From positions 24,304,001 to 24,368,000 of the forward strand of contig NC_043001.1 of assembly GCF_006345805.1 (NCBI RefSeq): 64,000 nt of DNA, given 5' to 3'. Both the position numbers and the translations under genes were made by a program. Numbering within the stretch: position 1 is the stretch's first letter; every line of letters starts with the position of its first letter. Shown here piece by piece: positions 50,802-64,000 of the stretch. This DNA is from Octopus sinensis (lineage: Eukaryota). Below the pieces are notes generated by a model. It saw nothing but the letters and a program-made list of their open reading frames with translations, was not told the DNA's origin and did not search any database.

Positions 50802-51320
50802 GGAGGCACGTGGCTTAGTGGTTAGGGTGTCAGCATCATGATCATAAGATTGTGGTTTCAATTCCTGGACTGGGCGACACGTTGTGTTCTTGAGCAAAAC
50901 ACTTCATTTCATGTTGCTCCAGTCCGCTCAGCTGGCAAAAATGAGTAACACTGTGATGGACTTGCATCCCATCCAGCTGGGGAACACATACGCCATGGAA
51001 ACCGGGAAACCGGAGAGTGGAGGCACATGGCCTAGTGGTTAGAGCAGCAGACTCACAGTCGAGGGATTGCAGGTTCGAATCTCAGACTGGGTGATGTGTG
51101 TGTTTATGAGCAAAACACCTAAGCTCCATGTGGCTCCAGCAGAAGGTAATGGCGAACTTCTGCTGACTCTTTTGCCACAACTTTCACTCACTCTTTCCTC
51201 CTGCATCTTGCAGCTGACCTGTGACGGACCAGCATCCCGTCCAGGTGGGGAACCTATGCACCAAGGAAACTGGGAAACCAGCCCTTATGAATCAGGCATG
51301 GCTTGAGGAGGAACAAAAAA
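50802..51320 (+). mobile_element. Adjacent SINEs: family D (50802-51012) and family C (51015-51320)
   Basis: Two tRNA-like heads (ggcttagtggttaggg; ggcctagtggttagagc) in tandem. Confidence 0.83.
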
Positions 51321-51599
51321 AAAGTGGTAAGTTGGAGAGCTGTACTAGGTTCCAGTCTGATTTTGTTTGGTTTCTACAACTGAATGCCCTTCCTAACACC
51401 AACCACTCCAAGAGTGTTGTGGGTCCATTTTCATGTGTCACCAGTGCTTGCCATGACTATGATTTCACTTGGCTTGATGTATCTTCTCAGGCACAGCAGA
51501 TCACCAAAGGTCTTGATCACTTGTCATCACCTCTTGATGCAACCTAACATTCGAAGATCATGCTTCACCACCTCAAAAATTGTACTATGTAATTATTTT

Positions 51600-52445
51600 T
51601 TTTTATTGCCCACATGAGGCTAAACATAGAGGGGTCAAACAAGGACAAAGGGATTAAGTCGATTACATCGACCCCAGTGTGTAACTGGTACTTGTTTAAT
51701 CAACCCCAAAAAGATTGGAGGCCAAGTTGACCTCAGCAGAATTTGAACTCAGAACGTAACAGCAGACGAAATACCACTAAGCATTTTGCTCAGCATGCTA
51801 ACATTTCTCATTTCTTTATTGCCCACAAGGGGCTACACATAGAGGGGACAAACAAGGACAGACAAACGGATTAAGTCGATTACATCGACCCCAGTGCGTA
51901 ACTGGTACATGTTTAATCGACCCCGAAAGGATGAGAGGCCAAGTCGACTTCGGCGGAATTTGAACTCAGAACATAACGGCAGACAAAATAACACTAAGCA
52001 TTTTGCCCGGCATGCTAACAATTCTGCCAGCTCGCCACCCTGTCCTGTATTACTGTATTATGTAATTGATAGCCAGCAACAGTTAATTTTGTGTGACTTA
52101 ACCAATCTTGTCATGGTTATTTACCTCTATAGTGACCACCCTGTCTAAAAGTCTATGACTTTATTTTAGGGATGGTTGAAAGTTTGTTGTAGGAAACACT
52201 GTCAATAATACCTATTTCTTTACTACCCACAAGGGGCTAAACATAGAGGGGATAAACAAGGACTGATTAATGGATTAAGTCGATTACATCGACCTCAGTG
52301 TGTAACTGGTACTTAGTTTATCGACCCCGAAAGGATGAAAGGCAAAGTTGACCTCAGCGGAATTTGAACTGAGAACGTAATGGCAGGCGAAATACGGCTA
52401 TGCATTTCACCCGGCGTGCTAACGTTTCTGCCAGCTCACTGCCAC
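51600..52445 (-). mobile_element. Three family B SINEs (about 51600-51810, 51812-52040, 52212-52445)
   Basis: Reverse matches to 419-648. Confidence 0.83.
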
Positions 52446-53964
52446 TAGCAACAATACCGTGCATATCCAGCAAAGGAAGGATACATTGAACAATGTATTC
52501 CTTGACATATGAAAAGGCAAGCTAGTCATGGATGGAACACTTTTGACTCATAAGTTTACTCAAACATGCCAGACCCAAAGACAACAACAAAGAATTTAGC
52601 TTACTGGCTTCACAAACATCTCATTATGTGTATAAACTATTAAGTCATTCTATCTATAGCTCCTTGTAACTAATGAAACATTCGGCACTAACAACTGCCA
52701 AACATACAAAAGAAAGAAATCAATAAAATTCCATACTTTATTCTTATTTTGGTGTGCAGACTCATCAATGTCAAATTTGCCCTCAAAACATAACAAAATA
52801 TTCAATGTATTTCTGGAAATTAAATTACAGCAAAAGTACAGTTTCGATATTTGCACAATTTAAAGTTTTAGTTAAAATTGTTGGAGATGACTTCTAAATA
52901 TATTTGGTGACATTAGTTATTTGAGATTCTTTTCAGAAGAGTAATGCAACACAGAAAACTTCAGAAACTTGTCTGCATCCGAAAGAAAAAGTTAAAATTG
53001 ATATAATTACATTCATTGTAGTATCACAACTTCTATATTTGCGGATAGCATTTCTGGGTAATTTCTTCGGTCATTATGATAAATTTTCGATACTGAAGTG
53101 GATACATAAAATTAGAAGTATTAGCACAAAGACATTCTCAACTTGTAGACTATATATATACTGACATATATATATATGCTATATATAATATCATGAACTT
53201 TTAATATGTATAATGCTCAATGCAATTCAACTTGTCAGAAAAGTTTAAAAGAGGGGCAGAGAGCAGACATATAAGTCAAGTGAAAAAAGACACCAATGGT
53301 ATCATGTGAAAACATTTTGAATTTTTCAGTATTCCACTTAAGAATATTGGTAGTCTGTGTCCAGATGCACTGGCTTGTATCATCAGTAATGTTTCTGGAG
53401 GTCTTAAAAGGTTTGGCATCTCTCAACATCAGACTCCCTTGCTCTGTTAACCCAGCTGGCACCTATACAATTAAGGGTAAATGCAAAATACTTCTAAATG
53501 AATTTGAATTTGGCTCTTACTTGGAGAAAGCAAGCAAAAACTTAGCAGTAACTGTTTCAGTTTCTTAAAAATAAGAGAGGAAAAATTTCTAAATACTTAG
53601 AATTATTATCACTGCCAATTGAATTTTCATGCCCAAAGAAAAACATCTGATCTATGTTAGCAGACAAAATGACAGTTACAGACATGTTGTACTGTCTATG
53701 ATGTCAGATTAAATCATCTGTACAAGATTTTGCAAGTAGGAAATGAGTTTTGAATATTTTTGGCCAATACAATTTGCATAATTACAAAAACAGAGCTAAG
53801 GGAAATAACCTAAGAAAGACAGCAGAGTGAATTTGAATGATTTGGGCAGCTGATGATGTACACAAACAAATTTTTGATGAGCTGAAACTTGCCTTTGAGT
53901 TGTAGAAATGAAATAAAAATTTAGCTGTAATTGTTAGTATCTCACGCAGAAAATTGAAGAATCA

Positions 53965-54965
53965 TCATCATCATCGTCATCGTTTAACATCCACTTTCCA
54001 TGCTGGCATGGGTTAGATGGTTTGACTGAGGGCTGGCAAGCCAGGAGGCTGCACCATACTCTAATCTAATCTGGCAAGGTTACTATAGCTGAATGCCAAC
54101 CACTCTGAGAGTGTAATGGGTACTTTTTATGTGCCATCAGCATGGGAACCAGTCAGGCAGCACTGGCATCGACCATACTGAAATGGTGCTTTTTACTTGC
54201 CAATTACAAGAAATTAAAAATCAGCTTCACAGAATTTGAGTTTCCATTTTTTAGGGGGAAAATCTGACAGTTGTAAGCAGGTGAGTTCAAAGCTATGAAC
54301 ATGTTTCAGCATTATCAGACCTTATCAACAATGCAAGCCTATGATTGGGAGACATTTTAGTTAAACAATTTGAGCCTGGCTGGAAAAGGACACAAATAAG
54401 GAAGAATTGGAAGCACACTGTGACCAGTGGTGAATAACAACATTGAATAGTCTGGTCAAAACATGTGATATATATATATATATATAAATAAATATATATA
54501 TATATAGTTGTAATTATAATTAAAAAAATATAACATTTATATATATATGCCAGGTCCGGCTGATTGGCTCTCGTGCTGGTGGCATGTAGAAAGCACCATC
54601 CAAACATGGCCGATGCCAGTGCTCCCTGACTAGCTCCCATGCTGGTGGTATGTCAAAGGCACTATCCAAATGTGATCAATGCCAGGGCTGTCTGACTGGC
54701 TCCTGTGCTGGTGGAACATAAAATGCACCATCCGAACCTGGCCAATACCAGTGCCCCCTGACTGGCTCCTATGCTGGTGGTACATAAAAAGCACCCACTA
54801 CACTCTCAGAGTGGTTGGCATTAGGAAGGGCATCCAGCTGTAGATACATTACCAGATCAGATTGTAGCCTGGTGCAGCCACTGGCTCTCCAGACCTCAGT
54901 CAAACCATCCAACCCATGCCAGTATGGAAAACAGACGTTAAACAATGATGATGATGATGATGATG
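53965..54965. mobile_element. Two RTE 3' ends in opposite orientation (53965-54200 minus; 54550-54965 plus)
   Basis: (cat)n and (tga)n tails with the RTE 3' motif. Confidence 0.75.
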
Positions 54966-55895
54966 ATATATATAGAGAGATATGTATGTATGTATGTAAT
55001 ATGTATGTATTTACAGGTTTATAATTCTAGATTACAGCTTTCTGTCGATCCAAATTTCATGTTCTTGTCTCCTGTAATAGTCAGCGTTTATAAATTTTGT
55101 TATCATTTTTGCTGACTTCTACTTTGATTTCCATAACAAGATACTGCTCTTAACTTCATTTGGTAGCTCTTCCTTAATTTGGAAAATAAAATTTTTCTTG
55201 TGACAGCATTAGAAATTTGTTCTGATCTCTTATTTTAGATATCAGTTGTTTTGATGAGGATGAGGTATTTTTCTTCATTGCAGATTTCATAGTAATTTTC
55301 ATGAGGTGAAAAAGTCATTGAAATGAAATGTAAATCCAGTGATTTTACATTTATCAATATTATGGATATTTAATACTATGTATGGGTTGATTATAATGTT
55401 TGATGATAATATGTTTTTTGTAAACTTCAGTGAAGTATTTATGGTTTAATTTCTGGCTCTTGAAGCTACATCACCCATTTTGATATATGTTCTTGGGTGT
55501 TGTGCATCTCCTGGGCTCTCTATTTCCAGATTCTGTTACATCTCAGTCAAGCATAGATTATAATTTCCTTCCATATTACTTTATGGGATGCCTTTGTCTT
55601 GGAAATCCTGATTACAGAAGTGTTTACATATCCTCTTAGTTTTTAAGTGAATTGGGACAGAGAGGTACAGTTCTCTCTGTCTCATAATCTTAATTATTTT
55701 ATATGTTGGTTAATTTGTCTTTAAAAGTGTTGCTATGCTTCCAATCTAATTTCTCTAAATACTATAAGCATTTTGTTCTATATATCATGGTGCAAAGCGA
55801 TATGATGCTCTTAGTGAGCAGGATTGACAAGCTGGTTATTGGGGAAAGGGTAGATTGGATGTGTGTAGTAGATCTTTGAAGCAATTTTATGCAGG

Positions 55896-55956
<61 letters not shown>

Positions 55957-56012
55957 CAAATATGAGTTAGAAGCAGCTTGAAGGATATAAACAATATGGA
56001 ATATACACACAT

Positions 56013-56122
56013 AAGGTATGTGTTTTGGTAGTTCATGAGTAGGTTGGGCTTATAGGCATAAGAGTAAATATTCTTTCACCTATAAGCACAGCCTACCCAT
56101 GAACTTATAAAGCACATACCTT
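56013..56122. repeat. 110-bp imperfect hairpin between (TA)n tracts
   Basis: 44-nt arms 56013-56056 and 56079-56122, 7 non-Watson-Crick positions, 22-nt loop. Confidence 0.8.
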
Positions 56123-56141
56123 GTATATATGTGTTTGATAT

Positions 56142-56172
<31 letters not shown>

Positions 56173-56257
56173 TTAATATTAGGGAAGTTATTTTCGAGTC
56201 CACAGGGGAGAGAAGTTCAAATTAGTGGTACTAAAATGAATTACTCACTGTATTATA

Positions 56258-57008
56258 TACATATAAATAGATAAATTTAAGAGACAGAATCACCTTCAAG
56301 CAACTCAATCATCATTCAATGACATTATCCACAATATCTACATAGGACTAAATATGAAATTTATCAAAATTAATACCTACAATTCTTATTCCAAATTATC
56401 AAAATTAATACCTTCAATTCTTATTACAAATCATATACTTTACATTATCTAGACTACACGCATTTCATGACAATGTATTCCTCAATATTGCTGAAATGAA
56501 CGTCTCTATACAATACCATATTAAAACGATTATATTGCCAATCTTCAGGTCTATCTTATATGAACTTATTTTGCTATTTACATCGTATATTAAGACAAGA
56601 CAAATTTAGCTTACCTTTTTACCAACCTAGAAATTTATTATTTATCAAAGTTAACATATAAATAAATTAAATTAATCAGGGGAAAAAAATTAGACTATTC
56701 CCATCATACACACACTTCTGGCTTCTCCTGATTTATTATTATTATAAATAATAGAAAATACCTTTTAAGAACTTTTAAATGTTAATAAGAATTATTTCTC
56801 CTACAAAGTAGCTCTCAATGTTGGATTATTCGATTGCTGGTAGCCATGTTTAATTCATGGAGAGAAACTTACCATACAGATAAGTTAACATTTCTCTTTA
56901 CAAAGATTTCATATTTAGTCCTATGTAGATATTATAAATAAGGTCATTCAATGATGATTGAGTTGCTTGAGGGTGATTCTCTCTCTTAAATTTATATATT
57001 TATATATG
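56258..57008. mobile_element. ~750-bp MITE with ~110-bp TIRs
   Basis: aaatttaagagacagaatcaccttcaagcaactcaatcatc..ctacataggactaaatatgaaat mirrored at 56905-57008; TA-rich ends. Confidence 0.8.
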
Positions 57009-58047
57009 TAGAATGTTGAAAAGGAACACACGAGTTGATATATATGGAAAAAAATGTTCTATCACACAGCCCTTGTTATTACTGTAGTTTAGCATGTGGC
57101 ATACTGTATAATTTCAGCTCCTCCCAAGATGAAGAATCCCCTCCAATAGTGGTGGGATCAAGGTTTGTAAAAGATTCTCAGTCTTCAGTTTATTGTAGTT
57201 GTAGAGGTATTAGTCTTTCTGATAGTGACTTAGATACAATGCTATTGAACAATGAAACTTCATTTCAGCTTTTGTTACTTTGTATGATACTAAAAGTGCT
57301 CATTACTAACCATAATCATCATTTTTTTTGTTTGTTTTAACATCCACTTTTTCATGCCTGCATAGATCTGATGAAACTTGATCAGGCAGATTTTACTACA
57401 ACTAGGTGCTTTCCCTGTCACCAATGTTTATCAAAGCCCATATTAGTCCCTTTTCAGACTTACAGCCCTTCTATCCTGGTAGCTTGTGCTGTAGCATGGA
57501 TTACTGAGTTCACATCTCATTCATATGTCTTGGTTTTGGCATGATTTGTGCAACAGAATGCCCTTCCTTTCACCATCTACTTTACAGAATGTATTGAGTG
57601 CACCAAACATCTTTAACATCAACACACACAAATACAAGAAACCTTGTCTCATGTGAGATTGAAGAGATCTATCTACTATGTCACCTCTTAATCGTTTATA
57701 GGTTTTAGTTATTCTGTGATGCAGAAACTTAAAAGTGCACAATTCAACTTTCTAGTGGAAGTATGTGTGGTCTGATCTATGTTTATTTATGTGAGATAAA
57801 AAGGAAATATGATCACTGCTTATCATACACACAAATACATACACATATACTGTATGTATTATATATATATATATATATATATATGTATACATAACAAAAT
57901 TTTAGATTCAGATGAATATGGTACTTAAGCTGAGGCATCAGAATTTAGTACGGTATTATCCATACAATTCCAAAGTAAGGTGATTAAAATCAAAATAAGC
58001 AACAAGGATACCTCTGGATATCCTTGTTGCTTATTTTGATATATGTA

Positions 58048-58323
58048 TGCATATATATATATATTATATATATATATATAATATATATATATATATTATA
58101 TATATATATATACATATGTATATATATATATGTGTGTGTGTGTATTTATATATATATATATACATATGTATATATATATGTGTGCGTGTATTTATATATA
58201 TATATATACATATGCATATATATGTGTGTGTGTGTGTGTATTTATATATATATATGTATACATATGTATATATGTGTGTGTATATATTTATATATATATG
58301 TATATATGTGTGTGTATATATTT

Positions 58324-58352
<29 letters not shown>
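58048..58352. repeat. (TA)n/(TG)n compound microsatellite
   Basis: Direct inspection. Confidence 0.92.
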
Positions 58353-58354
<2 letters not shown>

Positions 58355-59416
58355 ATTGTATAGTAAGTTTTGTCCGATTTACAACATCTATCTAAAAGTA
58401 CTAACATGACATTTAATACCATAAATCTAATCATCTGTATAATTTCCTTCATTTTCTATTACTTCTCACCATCTGTTTTTAAGTTATTGAATTCTTGATA
58501 TGAAAAATTCTTTGGATTTTGAATTAAATTTCTATTTCATTCATTTTCTATATTTTCCCTGCTGGCTATATTTCCCCTCTAAATTGCTTTGCAAACTGGA
58601 AATCTTATAAATCAAGATCTGAATAATAAAGAGAATATAGTTCTTTTTCTCTCCATCTGAATGATTCCATAACACTTAGTGGTTTGTGCACTTTGTGATC
58701 AAGTATTATCTTAATGAAAGATAACTTCCCTGTGGTTTATTAAGGCAGGATATTTTCTATCCATTACAGCCTTTAGACAATAAACTTGTTGATATTAGAA
58801 TTCAAAAGTGATTGTCTGATGTGGCACCAATCAAACATAAATTTTGTTTGAGTGAATTTCTCCTCAAGGATGTGGTACAGGGTTTTGCTTGGGGCTTGGC
58901 CACTCTCTGCACTGCTTAATATTGGTTTCAAATTTTTGTACAAGGCCAGCAATTTCATGGGAGAGAGTAAGTTGATTACATCAACCCCAGTGCTCAACTG
59001 GTACTTATTTTATTGACCCCAAAAGAATGAAAGACAAAGTCAACCTTGGCAGCATTTGCACTCAAAATGTGAATGCAGACAAAACGCCTTGAAGCATTTT
59101 GTCTGCATTCTGCCTTCAAGCATTCTGTCAAGTGTGCTAAAGATTCTTCCAGCTTTCTGCCTTTGCAGTGCTTAATATTGCTGTAAACAATCCGTTTCTC
59201 ACTTCCAGTCAGAATCCATTTTAAAAGTGGTGCTTGAATGTTACAAGTGTGGTGTAATTCACAGCAGCTGAAGCCTTGTTGTTGATTCAAAGCTGAAGGA
59301 GCATGAAGAACTCATTTTCCCTTCTCTGAAACTTTTGCCAGCTTTTCCAAAGAATTATGAATAAACAAGCAAAGCAGCTAGTTAGAAAATCTCTGTAAGA
59401 ATAAATACAACGCCAA

Positions 59417-62400
59417 CATTAAATTTAGTGGTAAACCTTCTCACTGTCACAGCAAAATTCCTTGACACTAGCATTTGTAATTAAATTCAGTGGTAAGCTT
59501 TCTCACTGTCACAGCAACATTCCTTGACTCTAGCATTTGTAATAAATTCAGTGGTAAGATTACTCACTGTCACAGCAAGATTTCTTGACTCTAGCATTTG
59601 TAACTAAATTCAGTGGTAAGCTTTCCCACTGTCACAGCAACATTCCTTGACTCTAGCATTTGTAATTAAATTCAGTGGTAAGCTTTCTCACTGTCACAGC
59701 AACATTCCTTGACTCTAGCATTTGTAATTAAATTCAGTGGTAAGATTACTCACTGTCACAGCAAGATTTCTTGACTCTAGCATTTGTAACTAAATTCAGT
59801 GGTAAGCTTTCCGACTGTCACAGCAAGATTCCTTGACTCTAGCATTTGTAATTAAATTCAGTGGTAAGCTTTCTCACTGTCACAGCAACATTCCTTGACT
59901 CTAGCATTTGTAATTAAATTCAGTGGTAAGTTTCCCACTGTCACAGCAACATTCCTTGACTAGCATTTGTAATTAAATTCAGTGGTAAGCCTTCCCACTG
60001 TCACAGCAACATTCCTTGACTCTAACATTTGTAATTAAATTCAGTGGTAAGCTTTCCCACTGTCACAGCAACATTCCTTGACTCTAGCATTTGTAATTAA
60101 ATTCAGTGGTAAGCTTTCTCACTGTCACAGCAACATTCCTTGACTCTAGCATTTGTAATTAAATTCAGTGGTAAGCTTTCACACTGTCACAGCAAGATTT
60201 CTTGACTCTAGCATTTGTAATGAAATTCAGTGGTAAGCTTTCTCACTGTCACAGCAACATTCCTTGACTCTAGCATTTGTAATTTAATTCAGTGGTAAGC
60301 TTTCACACTGTCACAGCAAGATTTCTTGACTCTAGCATTTGTAATGAAATTCAGTGGTAAGCTTTCTCACTGTCACAGCAACATTCCTTGACTCTAGCAT
60401 TTGTAATTAAATTCAGTGGTAAGCTTTCACACTGTCACAGCAAGATTTCTTGACTCTAGCATTTGTAATGAAATTCAGTGGTAAGCTTTCTCACTGTCAC
60501 AGCAACATTCCTTGACTCTAGCATTTGTAATTTAATTCAGTGGTAAGCTTTCACACTGTCACAGCAAGATTTCTTGACTCTAGCATTTGTAATTAAATTC
60601 AGTGGTAAGCTTTCTCACTGTCACAGCAACATTCCTTGACTCTAGCATTTGTAATTAAATTCAGTGGTAAGCTTTCACACTGTCACAGCAACATTCCTTG
60701 ACTCTAGCATTTGTAATTAAATTCAGTGGTAAGCTTTCTCACTGTCACAGCAACATTCCTTGACTCTAGCATTTGTAATTAAATTCAGTGGTAAGCTTTC
60801 ACACTGTCACAGCAAGATTTCTTGACTCTAGCATTTGTAATTAAATTCAGTGGTAAGCTTTCTCACTGTCACAGCAACATTCCTTGACTCTAGCATTTGT
60901 AATTTAATTCAGTGGTAAGCTTTCTCACTGTCACAGCAACATTCCTTGACTCTAGCATTTGTAATTAAATTCAGTGGTAAGCTTTCTCACTGTCACAGCA
61001 AGATTTCTTGACTCTAGCATTTGTAATTAAATTCAGTGGTAAGCTTTCTCACTGTCACAGCAACATTCCTTGACTCTAGCATTTGTAATTAAATTCAGTG
61101 GTAAGTTTCCCACTGTCACAGCAACATTCCTTGACTAGCATTTGTAATTAAATTCAGTGGTAAGCTTTCCCACTGTCACAGCAACATTCCTTGACTCTAG
61201 CATTCGTAATTAAATTCAGTGTTAAGCTTTCACACTGTCACAGCAAGATTTCTTGACTCTAGCATTTGTAATTAAATTCAGTGGTAAGCTTTCTCACTGT
61301 CACAGCAACATTCCTTGACTCTAGCATTTGTAATTTAATTCAGTGGTAAGCTTTCACACTGTCACAGCAAGATTTCTTGACTCTAGCATTTGTAATTAAA
61401 TTCAGTGGTAAGCTTTCTCACTGTCACAGCAACATTCCTTGACTCTAGCATTTGTAATTTAATTCAGTGGTAAGCTTTCCCACTGTCAGCAACATTCCTT
61501 GACTCTAGCATTTGTAATTAAATTCAGTGGTAAGCTTTCTCACTGTCACAGCAACATTCCTTGACTCTAGCATTTGTAATTAAATTCAGTGGTAAGCTTT
61601 CTCACTGTCACAGCAAGATTTCTTGACTCTAGCATTTGTAATTAAATTCAGTGGTAAGCTTTCTCACTGTCACAGCAACATTCCTTGACTCTAGCATTTG
61701 TAATTAAATTCAGTGGTAAGCTTTCACACTGTCATCACAGCAACATTCCTTGACTCTAGCATTTGTAATTAAATTCAGTGGTAAGCTTTCTCACTGTCAC
61801 AGCAAGATTTCTTGACTCTAGCATTGTAATTAAATTCAGTGGTAAGCTTTCACACTGTCACAGCAAGATTTCTTGACTCTAGCATTTGTAATTAAATTCA
61901 GTGGTAAGCTTTCTCACTGTCACAGCAACATTCCTTGACTCTAGCATTTGTAATTAATTCAGTGGTAAGCTTTCCCACTGTCACAGCAACATTCCTTGAC
62001 TCTAGCATTTGTAATTAAATCAGTGGTAAGCTTTTCACTGTCACAGCAAGATTTCTTGACTCTAGCATTTGTAATTAAATTCAGTGGTAAGCTTTCTCAC
62101 TGTCACAGCAACATCCTTGACTCTAGCATTTGTAATTAAATTCAGTGGTAAGCTTTCCCACTGTCACAGCAACATTCCTTGACTAGCATTTGTAATTAAA
62201 TTCAGTGGTAAGCTTTCCACTGTCACAGCAACATTCCTTGACTCTAGCATTCGTAATTAAATTCAGTGGTAAGCTTTCACACTGTCACAGCAAGATTTCT
62301 TGACTCTAGCATTTGTAATTAAATTCAGTGGTAAGCTTTCTCACTGTCACAGCAACATTCCTTGACTCTAGCATTTGTAATTAAATTCAGTGGTAAGCTT

Positions 62401-63314
62401 TCTCACTGTCACAGCAACATTCCTTGACTCTAGCATTTGTAATTAAATTCAGTGGTAAGCTTTCACACTGTCACAGCAAGATTTCTTGACTCTAGCATTT
62501 GTAATTAAATTCAGTGGTAAGCTTTCTCACTGTCACAGCAACATTCCTTGACTCTAGCATTTGTAATTAAATTCAGTGGTAAGCTTTCAACTGTCACAGC
62601 AAGATTCTTGACTCTAGCATTTGTAATTAAATTCAGTGGTAAGCTTTCTCACTGTCACAGCAACATTCCTTGACTCTAGCATTTGTAATTAATTCAGTGT
62701 AAGCTTTCCACTGTCACAGCAACATTCCTTGACTCTAGCATTTGTAATTAAATTCAGTGGTAAGCTTTCTCACTGTCACAGCAACATTCCTTGACTCTAG
62801 CATTTGTAATTAAATTCAGTGGTAAGCTTTCTCACTGTCACAGCAAGATTTCTTGACTCTAGCATTTGTAATTAAATTCAGTGGTAAGCTTTCTCACTGT
62901 CACAGCAACATTCCTTGACTCTAGCATTTGTAATTTAATTCAGTGGTAAGCTTTCCCACTGTCACAGCAACATTCCTTGACTCTAGCATTTGTAATTAAA
63001 TTCAGTGGTAAGCTTTCTCACTGTCACAGCAAGATTTCTTGACTCTAGCATTTGTAATTAAATTCAGTGGTAAGCTTTCTCACTGTCACAGCAACATTCC
63101 TTGACTCTAGCATTTGTAATTAAATTCAGTGGTAAGCTTTCACACTGTCACAGCAAGATTTCTTGACTCTAGCATTTGTAATTTAATTCAGTGGTAAGCT
63201 TTCCCACTGTCACAGCAACATTCCTTGACTCTAGCATTTGTAATTTAATTCAGTGGTAAGCTTTCCACTGTCACAGCAACATTCCTTGACTCTAGCATTT
63301 GTAATGAAATTCAG
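59417..63314. repeat. Tandem array of a 62-bp unit, ~63 copies
   Basis: Consensus aattaaattcagtggtaagctttctcactgtcacagcaacattccttgactctagcatttgt; head to tail with no unique spacers; HindIII site in most units. Confidence 0.98.
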
Positions 63315-64000
63315 AAGGACGTTCTGATCTAGGCTCATGAAGCAATTTAAAATTGCCATGTCTGAACTCAAACTACCTCCTGCAAATTCTTTCATTGTCT
63401 TCCCTTGCGCTAGCATGGCCACAGCTCGTGAGCTGAAACTAGATAAAATAAAAATTACGCCTTCTGAACATATTTTTTTGCTGCCTTGTATTAGAACTAA
63501 ATGAAACTTGTAAAGGGTAATGTAACAGATAGCCTCTTAGCTTGGTTGTACGATGATTTTCTTTATATACAAAAATATTGTCGCTCTATAGGAATTTATC
63601 ATCACCATCATCATCATTTAACATTTTTTTTTTTTTGTGACATGGGTTAGATAGTTTCATGTCAGGAATTCTTCATGAAATGATTATGTATCAATGGACG
63701 CCACCAATACTTATAGCTTTTAGAGAACCCCACCTAGAAAACTGATTTCAACAGGTTCAAACTCATAATCGGACAGAACTTTCTATACAGCCTTCATATA
63801 TACATATACACACATATGTGTTTGCAATGACGTGCGCACACACACAAACACATACACACACACACTTGCATGTGTTGTTTTAAAATTCCTAGTTAACTTG
63901 TATATAATTTAATAACACATGACAGTATGTAAATCTGCCAGCCTCTCCTCTTTCTTATTCATGACCATCACATAACCAAGTATCTCTATTTGAAGGTGGA

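Noticed and set aside
52650-53568. Short ORFs suggesting a nested minus-strand gene
   Set aside because: No consistent phase-linked exons or recognisable domain.
53845-53895. CTGATGA...GAAAC pair
   Set aside because: Stem II and stem I cannot be formed around a valid NUH site.
55060-55640. Decayed ORF-like stretch on the minus strand
   Set aside because: Many stops and no identifiable TE or gene motif; not supportable without a search.
59417-63314. CRISPR-like array, ribozyme array or repeat-protein ORF
   Set aside because: No unique spacers, eukaryotic context, no cas genes; no CUGANGA core on either strand; 62 bp is not a multiple of 3 and the track shows no long ORF inside it.

Overview
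AT-rich eukaryotic DNA dense in microsatellites and transposons. The SINE and RTE/CR1 repeat landscape points to an octopus (coleoid cephalopod) genome; this is inferred from repeat families, not a database match. About 99% of the window is intron-like. Six GT-AG exons on the + strand (3803-3878, 16553-16705, 21797-21970, 40510-40590, 43666-43839, 46913-47064) splice in phase into about 270 stop-free amino acids that look like an F-BAR domain plus its coiled-coil extension; the gene's start and end were not found in the window. The introns hold several tRNA-derived SINE families, many RTE 3' ends, CR1-like 3' ends, a Penelope GIY-YIG fragment, a DD37D (maT) and a mariner relic, a Helitron, several MITEs, minisatellites and a 3.9 kb array of a 62-bp unit. 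The most notable unexplained signal is a set of five minimal type I hammerhead-ribozyme motifs in short repeats. One sits in a ~316-bp tandem unit resembling a retrozyme, and two different ones lie on opposite strands within ~210 bp. Almost all ORFs in the supplied track are repeat or microsatellite artefacts. Repeat boundaries were read by eye and are approximate unless a TSD or TIR is quoted.
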